A stretch of 64,000 bases of DNA from Octopus vulgaris. Lineage: Eukaryota. Shown one piece after another: positions 41,831-51,824 of this stretch. The position numbers and the translations under genes were made by a program. The stretch lies in the NCBI GenBank assembly GCA_951406725.2, contig OX597825.1, positions 19,592,001 through 19,656,000 on the forward strand, read 5' to 3'. Position 1 is the first letter of the stretch; each line of letters begins with the position of its first letter. A model generated the notes under the pieces. It saw only the letters and a program-made list of their open reading frames with translations. It was not told the origin of the DNA and did not search any database.

Positions 41831-42573
41831 TATTTTGATCCCATTCTTAAAGGCTTGTAATTTTTAAGACATATTTGCACTACACTCAGCTTGTTATATT
41901 TTACTCTCAAGGAATTGTCTTCATATATAATGTTCAAATACATAACCATATCAGAGAAACATATACTTGAAGCAACACCAGATGTATCCTTACTCTATTG
42001 TAATTCTCTTAGATGCAAGAGAAGATACACAAACTTCCAGCTTCAATTGCAACTGGATATGGATAAGAAAAGATAATTTGAAGGAATGACAAGTTCTATG
42101 TCATTAATAAACCATTATGTAAAGCAGTTTTTTTCTTTTTATATTTGATAGCTTTAGAGCAGCTGCGGATACATATCTCTGCTTGAGTAGGTGTCATCAG
42201 CACAGACAATACAATCATAAGACATAGCTATACATATGTATATGTCTTTATTCCTACTACATCGCTATGTATAAAATACCCTTATCTTTATAACGCTAAG
42301 TTGCAAGGTCCTTTCTGTTTCGAAATCGGAAACATCACGCAATAACATCTAGCTTTATAGTCTATACAATGAAAAACATTCGTTGTGATATTCGAAAAAA
42401 CTTCATCGGGTATCAAGAAATACCACTTTCGGCGTTCAGAGTTTCACAAACAACCACAACCGACAGTGGAAAACTCATACAAGTAAACCAAAAATCAGTT
42501 TCCCCAAAATTACATCACACTCTATTTTCTAGAGACTTCTGTTTTTCCATCACGTCGCTTATACGGTTATATA

Positions 42574-42608
<35 letters not shown>

Positions 42609-42619
42609 CTGCTTGTGTG

Positions 42620-42661
<42 letters not shown>

Positions 42662-42666
<5 letters not shown>

Positions 42667-42903
42667 CCTTTTAAAGCCTAGCCAGGCTCACGGGCCCGAT
42701 TTCCCAGATTCTATGGTGTATATATTCCCCAGCTGGACGGGACGCCAGTCCATCGCAGCGTTACTCATTTTTGCCAGCTGAGTAGACTGGAGCAACGTGA
42801 AATGAAGTGTTTTGCTCAAGAATACAACGCGTCGCCCGGTCTAGGAATCGAAACCACAATCTTACGATCTTGATGTTGAAACCCTAACCACTAAACCACA
42901 CGC
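42662..42903 (-). mobile_element. SINE, head C-type + tail 2
   Basis: Homologous to 26335-26582. Confidence 0.92.
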
Positions 42904-42963
42904 TAATGATATATATATATATATATATATATCACAAGCAGACATACATACATACACACCCCC

Positions 42964-43015
<52 letters not shown>

Positions 43016-43041
43016 TACACACTTGTATATATGTGTGTGTA

Positions 43042-43338
43042 CTATTTGTATTATTTGTTTCAGTCATTTGACTGCTGCCATGCTGGTGCACTGCCTTTAG
43101 TCGAACAAATCGACCCCAGAACTTATTCTTTGTAAGCCTAGTACATATGCTATATTATTGTTGCCGAACCGCTAAGTTATAAGGATGTAAACACACTAAC
43201 ATTGGTTGTCAAGGAATGGTAGGGTACAAACACACAAACACACAGACCACACACGCACACATACATATATAAATATATATATATATATACGACGGGCTTC
43301 TTTCAGTTTCCATCTACCGAATCCACTCAAAAGGCTTT
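43042..43338 (-). mobile_element. SINE family A, 3' two-thirds
   Basis: Tail and body on the minus strand. Confidence 0.88.
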
Positions 43339-43506
43339 GACAACCAGAACTGGTGTATTTACATCACCGTAATTTAGCGGTTCTGCGAAAGAGACAGATA
43401 GAATAGGTACCACGCTTTAAAAAAAGATTTGAAGTCGATTTGTGCAACTAACAGTGGTGCCCCAACATAGCTGTTGTCTAATGACTGATACAATTAAAAG
43501 AATAAC
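43336..43506 (+). mobile_element. SINE family A, 3' part, older, opposite orientation
   Basis: TTGACAACC..TTAGCGGTTC..GATAGAATA..GGTGCCCCAACAT..AATGACTGA. Confidence 0.8.
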
Positions 43507-43811
43507 AGAATTTTGCAGTCAATTTCACCGCTCAGTACTCTACACTTATGCTTCCGATGCTACCTGTCTCGGACAACTTAAAGTATCTATACAAAGTAGC
43601 GGAAAATATATTTGTTGATGTACAAACTTCGTCGCACACGGAAAACAAAATTCAGATTTTGCGTTTGAAAGCGCTTACAAAATGTAAACTTTATTACTAT
43701 CATATACTTGATATACATGTGTTAATAAATGCTGCAAAGCCACAGTACTTAAGTATATGGAAAGGAGGGGCGGAAATGACTGTGAAATATTGCTATCTGT
43801 CAATCCTAGCG

Positions 43812-43980
43812 TTCTTCTTTTTCATCTTCTTCTCCTCCTCCTCCTCCTCCTTCTCCTTATTCTTCTTTTTCTTCTCATTCTTCTCCTCATCCTCCTTCCT
43901 CTTCTTCTTCTTCTCCTTCTCTCTTCTTTTCTTCTTCTTCTTCTCATCCTCCTCCCCCGTTCTTCTTTTTCTTCTTCCCT
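43812..43980. repeat. (TTC)n/(CTC)n microsatellite
   Basis: Direct reading. Confidence 0.95.
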
Positions 43981-43997
43981 ACTAAGAATTCACAACG

Positions 43998-44224
43998 ACC
44001 TCGAACCCACAAGAGTAAACAAGAGAGACAGAGACAAGCAGAAACAAGGAAAATGCCACTTTGTATTTGAACACTATACAAATATTCTTTTATAAAAACA
44101 TTTCTTTTAATTTTTCTAAATTTAATTGTTTAATTGTTGCAGTTGAAAAAGTCTCAATGACTGAAACCAGTACTAAAATGTTATTTATAAAGCTATTTTA
44201 GCATTTTCTATCTTGACTTTTTCC
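43998..44224 (+). mobile_element. Penelope-like terminal fragment with a U3-A8 variant hammerhead motif
   Basis: Homologous to 40830-41056; CAG TTGAAAA AGTC TCAAT GACT GAAAC CA GTA CT at 44140-44175; abuts (TA)n. Confidence 0.7.
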
Positions 44225-44240
44225 ATATATATATATGTGA

Positions 44241-44367
<127 letters not shown>

Positions 44368-44875
44368 AGTATATATATATATGTGAGTATATATATATAT
44401 GCATGTATGTATATACAAATCTTTGAATGAATAAATGCTTAGAGATAAGTTCAGAGGCATAAGTACATATAAGTGCATTCTTCAATATACATCTACCTAC
44501 GCATATGTGGTTGTGTATACATACGTTTTTATGTGTGTGTGTGTGTGCGTGTGATTGTGTGTCTCTGTCTCTGTGCATGAGTGAACGCTTTGCTTTCATG
44601 TTTGTATATGAATTCAAATTTTTTTCTTCTATTCTCTTTCAACGTTTATACTTCAATTTTGAACTGTTTGTCCTCGATAATAGTAATGCGTTTTCATGGT
44701 AAGTTTACAGTTATGCTGTTTCAAACATAAATTTCGAATTTATTCCTATATTTTTATTTTTCTCTCTCTAACCAAGTCTCCAAAATTTCACCCCTCACAA
44801 ACATACGCACGCACGTACACAAGCTTACCCACACATGCACACACATTCATAAATTCTAGAGAATGCTAGGCCCTC

Positions 44876-44915
<40 letters not shown>

Positions 44916-44919
44916 CTCA

Positions 44920-45240
44920 TGAGTTTTGTTATTTTAGTCATGGGAACGTGCTCATGCAAGGACACTGCTTTAAAGATTTAACCGGGCAAATCCACACCCC
45001 TACGTATTATAATATAGTAGTTACTCCCTCGTATTTTTATTTTGCTATATTGTTTGGTTCTGGAAACGTAAACTATCCAACAACGGTTATTATGTGGAGT
45101 TGATGAACCAAATGTTGGGCACATATACAAATATATATATATAGATGAACATATCCCACAGAATTTCCTCCTTATAGATTTAAATCAAAAGGGATTGGAA
45201 AACCACGTGCTATACTAAATGTCTCCTACCCATTGAAGTC
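44920..45240 (-). mobile_element. SINE family A, very old
   Basis: Degenerate tail (TTTTAGTCAT...CATGCAAGGACACTGCTTTAAAG) and body. Confidence 0.55.
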
Positions 45241-45614
45241 CCCTAACCAAGTGCGTAGAATCTATAGTTGTTGTATCCAACTATTCGAGGTGCAAAAACA
45301 GTTCAGTAAGTTTATTTATACATTGGCCCTGCTAGACATAGCAGCTAAATCGATCAACGAGCTCTCCTCTTAAAATGGAATAACACGATGGAGTATGAAA
45401 TTATTAGACACGCTATATCCTATTTCTAGTCGAAATTGCCGGACCAAGAAACCAGTTATCATAGTTTTTTTATTTTTTTATCAGGACTAGTTTTTCTCGA
45501 ATATCAGCTTCACCAATAAGTCAATTAACCAAAACAAATTTCCTTACCAGAACACAGATCATGTACAGGTGACTCAGACATCATTCTAACACATAGCTGA
45601 AAGGGTCAGATATA

Positions 45615-46026
45615 TATTTCTTTACTGCCCACAAGGGGCTAAACATAGAGGGGACAAACAAGGACACACAAAGGGATTAAGTCTATTACATCGACCTCAG
45701 TGCAAAACTGGTACTTTATTTATCGACCCTGAAAGGATGAAAGACAAAGTCGTCCTCGGCGGAATTTGAACTCAGAACGTAATGACAGACGAAATACCTA
45801 TTTCTTTATTATCCACAAGGGGCTAAACATAGAGGGGACAAACAAGGACAGACATAGGTATTAAGTCGATTATATCGACCCCAGTGCGTAACTGGTACTT
45901 CATTGACCCCGAAAGGATGAAAGGCAAAGTGGATCTCGGCGGAATTTGAACCCAGAACGTAGCGACAGACGAAATACTGCTGAGCATTTCGCCCGTTGGG
46001 CTAATGTTTCTGCCAGCTCGCCGCCT
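45615..46026 (-). mobile_element. SINE family D dimer (head plus two ~180-bp units) with ~17-bp TSD
   Basis: Units at about 45615-45798 and 45800-45977; TGAAAG(C)GGTCAGATATA on both flanks. Confidence 0.92.
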
Positions 46027-46855
46027 TTGAAAGCGGTCAGATATAATAACACTGAACATCATGATACTTTCAGAATACTGTGTCTAGTACCTTGTGTGTT
46101 TTCATTGAACTCAAATAATCTTTAACGTTATACTGTTTTCTTTGCCTTAACAGCATGTACGATTATTTGGTTAGTTTTCAACTGAGTGTGAAGTTGCTTT
46201 CTTTTATTGATAATCTTGGTAGAATTACCTCTAATCTTTTTCCAGTACTATCTAAAAATAGTACTATTAAAATCTGCGGATAAATGAAATATGTACCGTC
46301 TTATGATAAATTATTAATGCAATACCGAAAGAAATATCATTTTTTAAACTATTACTGACGACGAATTGCAGTCTACAACTAACAGAATTTAATAATATCA
46401 AACATTATGACGTCATGAATATTAACGATGGGTTTTGTTTTCGAAATAGATTAGATTCCATTCTTTCATGCGAATAATATTTAACATCGTGTCAAAATCT
46501 CAAAAATGAGCTATGAATATTGATTATTTCCAGAGAAAGAAAGAAAAAAATAAGATTTAGTTGCAGAGAATATTTCGAAACAAAAATAAAATATAATAAA
46601 ATAAAAGAGAATAAGTTTAATTCCACTAAAGAAATAATTAATTGACCATTATAATTACTATCACGTTTTTTGCAAAATGTTCCACAGGTCATTGGTATTG
46701 TTGTAGAATAGGCTGAGAAAGATAATCTGCCCAATGCTATGCACACTATTAAATGACGGTAAACGGTTCAATTTATAGTAGCACTTGTTAAGCATAAGCC
46801 CTTATACCTTACTTGGAGCATAAATTTTATTTACTTACATATATATATATATATA

Positions 46856-47420
46856 TATACGAGCAAAACGCCCCACCCTCGTCCAATGGTCGGTGCTGAG
46901 ATGTCAAACATTTAAAACAAATTTTCTCAAAACAACTTGTCCGACCGTCTCATAGGCTTCTCCTTTGAGATACACTGATTTATCTTAAATTTGAGACACT
47001 AGCAAAAGAAGAAATAAAGATGGACCTTTTTCTATTCCAAAGAAAAACGATTTTATTCACACAAATATGCAATCGAAGAGTTTAAAGTACCAGTAATGAT
47101 AAGGCTGTTGACTGGGAGGACACAAACATGGTTTAAACAGTAAGCTTGGCAGGAAAGAAACGTGCTTTTAAGCAGTACAAAAACAACAAAAAATGGAAGG
47201 TGCAGTTATGTACCGGTTGACGGAAGAAAAGCAGGACAAAAACGGCTTTATCGATCGCATTCTCACCTGGAATCGATTTTTGTAATTTTTTCAAGACTTA
47301 TACACGCCCTGATACCGTCGATATCTACATATCAAATTTGAGCGCAATCGGATGGAGGATGCTCGAGATCCTAGACGACACACACAGACAAACAGAACGG
47401 ATTTTGTATAATATATATAT
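46856..47420 (+). mobile_element. Probable non-autonomous Helentron-associated element (HINE-like)
   Basis: TATACGAGCA start; CAAATTTGAGCGCAATCGG...ACACACAGACAAACAGAACGGATTTTGTATAATAT end; sits in (TA)n. Confidence 0.6.
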
Positions 47421-47547
47421 ATATACACACCTATCAGCTGCTCACAATTTGTGAATAATACTTCGGTTATTTTCGGTTAATCCCACACAGTTTCCCAGAG
47501 ACACACAAATACATAGTCTCATACAGTTACACGTACGTACGCACTCA

Positions 47548-47626
<79 letters not shown>
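47548..47626. repeat. (CA)n microsatellite
   Basis: Direct reading. Confidence 0.98.
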
Positions 47627-47627
<1 letters not shown>

Positions 47628-47764
47628 AGCAGACACACTCAGTGTCATATTTTTCATTTACTTATAAAGTCGAGGGAAGAGGAGGGTATGGCGAGTGAGG
47701 AAAGTGGATTGACGTTTGTCAGTCTACAAAACAGATTTTATTTATGTAGATTATTCAACTTATG

Positions 47765-47934
47765 TAGGAGGTGATCAAAGAGAATCGTTAGTAAACCACA
47801 AAAAATACATAGCGACCTTTCATCAGTCTTTCCGTTCTGAGCTGAAATTCCGCCGAGCTTGACTTTGCGTTTCATCCTGTTGGGAATGTAAAATAAGTAC
47901 AATTTGAGCACTGGGGTCGATTTAAAATGACTTA
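47765..47934 (+). mobile_element. SINE family D-related, interrupted by a MITE
   Basis: AAATTCCGCCGAGCTTGACTTTGCGTTTCATCC..AAAATAAGTAC..GCACTGGGGTCGAT; remainder at about 48355-48400. Confidence 0.75.
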
Positions 47935-48346
47935 GGATCTTTTCGGTTTGAACGACAGTTTTTAACATAATTTCTACGTAGCTGAGAAATTTAAAACTTC
48001 GTATACTGGTAGAATGTGTTTATAAAACATCTTTTTCTCTTGGCTTTATTGAGAAAATTCTATAGTTTGTAAGATATTTGTTGTTGTTTTTCTTCAATTT
48101 CGGCAATTTCAACCAATCACTGACGTCCATTGAAGTAAACAACATTCTGTGCCGTATGAATATGTCCCCCGTTTAAGAAACAGATTGGGTTTATTTACAT
48201 TTGTGAAGAAAAAATATATCCTTCCCCCCACCCCGAACCCTAACTAATTCTAACCCTAAAATAGATTGAAATGCAATATATCGAAACTAGGGTCATAATT
48301 ATGGGTGATAATTTCATATGACACCGCTAGAAAAAATTGCCGTTTG
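47935..48346. mobile_element. MITE-like DNA element with a partial TIR and internal TAACCC units
   Basis: AACGACAGTTTTT at left versus AAAAATTGCCGTT at right; AACCCTAACTAATTCTAACCCTAA inside. Confidence 0.65.
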
Positions 48347-48626
48347 AAAAAATTGTCCATTGAAATTGTGGGCAATGTGCCAAAATGTTAAACCATTGTC
48401 TAACTTATATTGCTATATAAGTTACACTGAGTTGTCTGCCAATACACCTGCGTTGTTTTATTCACTTGTCACAAAGAACTGTAGACAAGAGCGAGCAAAC
48501 ATTAAACGGTTATGTTTGAAACAATGAAATTAATTACAAAACAATGCGTTGGTTTACAAACTACTAAATGTTAATAATGTATTCTGGTGAAAAATCATTT
48601 CTGTTAAAGAAAAATAACTGATAATT

Positions 48627-49010
48627 AGGCGTTGCTGTGTGGTAAGTAGCTTGCTTACCAACCACATGGTTTCCAGGTTCATTCCCATTGTGTGGCAGCT
48701 TGGGCAAGTGTCTTCTACTATAGCCTCGAGCCGACCAAAGCCTTGCGAGTGGATTTAGTAAATGGAAACTGAAAGAAGCCCGTCGTATATATGTATATGT
48801 GTGTGTGTTTGTGTATCTGTGTTTGTCCCCCCCAAAATCGTCTGACAAAACGATGCTGGTTTGTTTGCGTCCTGTAACTTAGCAGTTAAGCAAAAAGCCC
48901 GATAGAATAAGTACTAGGCTTACAAAGAATAAGTCATGGGGTCGATTTGCTCGACTAAAGGCGGTTCTCCAGCATGGGCGCAGTCAAATGACTGAAACAA
49001 GTAAAAAAGA
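48627..49010 (+). mobile_element. SINE family A, full length
   Basis: Complete head, body and tail, followed by (GA)n. Confidence 0.93.
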
Positions 49011-49017
49011 GAGAGTA

Positions 49018-49057
<40 letters not shown>

Positions 49058-49273
49058 TATAGCAAAAATAATTAAGACTATCCAACATCACACCATCACA
49101 CCTATGTATTATTTTTACTTGATTATCCGTAATCTTTTTGTCCAGCAAATACGAGATAATTTCTATATTAAAACCTTCGCTCAAATTGTGGGTTATATGC
49201 ATTACTGTACTTATGTTCGTCATTAGAAGACAGGCAGGCTAAGGTACTTCTTGAATGGATTAGCCAAAGAAGT

Positions 49274-49460
49274 TGGCACAGGGGTGGCTAATAAGTCTGC
49301 TGCCCAGCCACAGGGTCAGGGTCAGGCTCGGTCCCAGTGCATGGGATCTTGAGCAAGTGCGTGGAACCTTGGGAAAGTGCATCTACTACGGCCCCGAACC
49401 GACTGAACCCATCCCTGTGAGTGGATTTAGAAAACGGAAACTAAAAGAAGCCAGATGTAC
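49274..49460 (+). mobile_element. SINE family A, 5' part, diverged
   Basis: GGCACAGGGGTGGCT...GTGAGTGGATTTAG..ACGGAAACTAAAAGAAGCC. Confidence 0.7.
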
Positions 49461-49591
49461 ACACACACACACACACACATACACTCAGACACACGTGACA
49501 GAAGTTATAGATTATTCTAACATGTAATGGGTTATATATTTTTACGAAGTGACGATTTTATGTTTCAGGTTCTCTATGGGACTTTTGAATC

Positions 49592-49770
49592 ATGCCATGT
49601 ACAAAAGAAGCTTTGGAACTGTCTGAATTTCAAAGAGGCCGTATTGCGGGTCATTCTGAAGGTGGACATCTAAGGATCTAAGGATCCCGCTTTCTACAGT
49701 TAATAGAGTGATTGTGCAATTCATCAGAGAGGAGAAGGAGGCCACATGACATTGCCCGGAGTTCCAAAGC
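49592..49770 (+). pseudogene. Tc1-like transposase N-terminal HTH fragment
   Basis: MPCTKEALELSEFQRGRIAGHSEGG / RIPLSTVNRVIVQFIREEKE resembles the Tc1 ELSxFxRGRIVG..IPxSTVxRVI pattern. Confidence 0.75.
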
Positions 49771-50000
49771 TTTCAAAGCTTGAATATATGGGGAAAAAAC
49801 TGGAACTGTGCCTAAACCTGTTCAATCAAAGGACAAGTGCAATAAACTGTAGATCGAAGCATTTAATCGTAAGCTCTAATAGAGTTCAATAATCAAACTA
49901 AAGATTAAAAAATTACAATCTGACGTTGCGTGATTCAAACAAGGAGACTTTCTGTGAAATATATTGAAATCGCTGTGAGGAAAAGTAAATTTGATAGTTA

Positions 50001-51190
50001 TGTCCATATGAGAAGTTCTTTCATGGTAACTATCGCAACATTTCTTGTTCTACATCCACTTAAGTGAGGATAAATATTTTCATTTAGTACCCATACTGCT
50101 TCTGTCGCTATTATCTTTTAATCAGCCCACAAGCTATTTGCGATATCAGAGCATAATTAGACATCGAGATTCGGCTCTTATCGTGCGACTGAATACCTAT
50201 TACTGAGGAACCCATAGCAGGGAAAAAACAACGCCATCTGGCAATCTCAGCACCCGTAGAAGACGACTTTCGTCTATCATTGTTATAATTTCCAATACTT
50301 TTATGCACCACAAGTCCGTGCGAGTGATTCGCTCAAGGTAAATATTGCTTTTATCGCTATTATTTTTTATTTAGCCCACAGGCGTCCCCGAAGTCCATTC
50401 CCTCCTCACCGTGGTGGGGACGCTGGCAACGGGTAGTGTCAGAGCTATGCCGTCGGGAACTTCGGTTCCTGGCAGGGCCACCCAAGGCGGATTGGTCTGA
50501 CACCGAGTGGTATTAGGGCCACAATCCGGCAGACGGTGCTCTGGTGAAAATCCTTCGAGTGTCTGTTTCGGCAACCGGCGGCTCCTCGGTCGTTCTGCCC
50601 CTGCGTCTGCGGAAAATCTGCGGCAAACAGGATGTCTCTACATGTGGGATTGTTGGGGACCGCTTGTGAAATTCATATTCCCACGAAACTACTTCCACTG
50701 CCATGGTTCGAGATGCCTCGAGGGTGGTGGAAGAAGCCGACTCAACCCGACTAGGGTGAATATCGCCACAAGTACAAGTAAGTAAATAATGCAATATTCT
50801 GTGTTCTAACGCAACCTCCACGTTAAGTTGGAGATAAAGATTACCTTTTCGTTTTAATATTGCTTTTATTGCTATTAATTATTTTTTATTAAGCCCACAG
50901 ACTGAATAGTGCTTGAATAGAGATTGCGATTCTATATATGTGGTTGGCGCAAAATCACTGATACTTCTAGCTACAGACGTCTGCCATTGACAAGGAAGGA
51001 CTAAATCACGTATTCTGGTACTCCTGTCACTGATAGCACCCGATTATCTTCCGGTAGTAATGTAAAACACGAGTGCTTATATGCACCACATATCCATATG
51101 AGAGTTTTTCTCATGACAACAAGCGCGGTATTTTGTGTTCGAACAGAACATTCACTGTAAGTGGGGATATTACCTATTATATTAATATTT
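50001..51190. repeat. Array of four degenerate AT-rich repeats separated by three variable spacers
   Basis: Shared blocks TATGCACCACA..TCC, TGTTC..CAC.TAAGT..GAT and TA(T/C)TGCTT(T/C)T(A/G)T(C/T)GCTATT...AGCCCACA at 50001-50131, 50302-50380, 50766-50899 and 51080-51190. Confidence 0.8.
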
Positions 51191-51824
51191 AAATTACAGA
51201 ATTTTAAAATCGGTGGAATTAGATAAGTTACAAGTTACTGATTATAGACAAAAAAAGGGACCAATAATCTTACAATCTTTTATTATTAAAAGGATAAAAC
51301 TTAAAATGTATACCTTAATTTGGCATTATTCTTTTATGTAAGATCTGTCAAAATATGTTGTCCAATTAAAAAGCGAATCTAATGAGAAAACGCTGTGCCT
51401 CTAATAATTAAAAATTTTCAATACTAAATCTGTAAATTTTGCTAAGCGAGAAAGAAACTAAAGCATCTACCAGAGCAATAGTGTTTGCAGGTATTTGTCT
51501 TGGAAATAACATAGAATTACGAAAACACTTAAGCTCTGTGTCCATGTACAAACCCATGCAGACACACACGTATTTTTAATGCTCCATCTAAAAGGGAATT
51601 TATTATTCTCTATACGTGCGCGCGAGTGAGTGTGTGTGTCTCAGTCTGTGTCTTTGTGTTCGAGGCGTGTAAATTCTTAGATTAGAAAAATTTTAATTTT
51701 CTGGATTGGTTGGGAAATCTCACAATTGAACGAATAAGAATTATTCGAAACAATAACGGCATATCAGCAAAGAATACACACACATCTATATATACATACA
51801 TTACATACTATATATATATTTATA

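Noticed and set aside
50001-51190. CRISPR array
   Set aside because: Eukaryotic context, long degenerate repeats, unequal long spacers and no cas genes.
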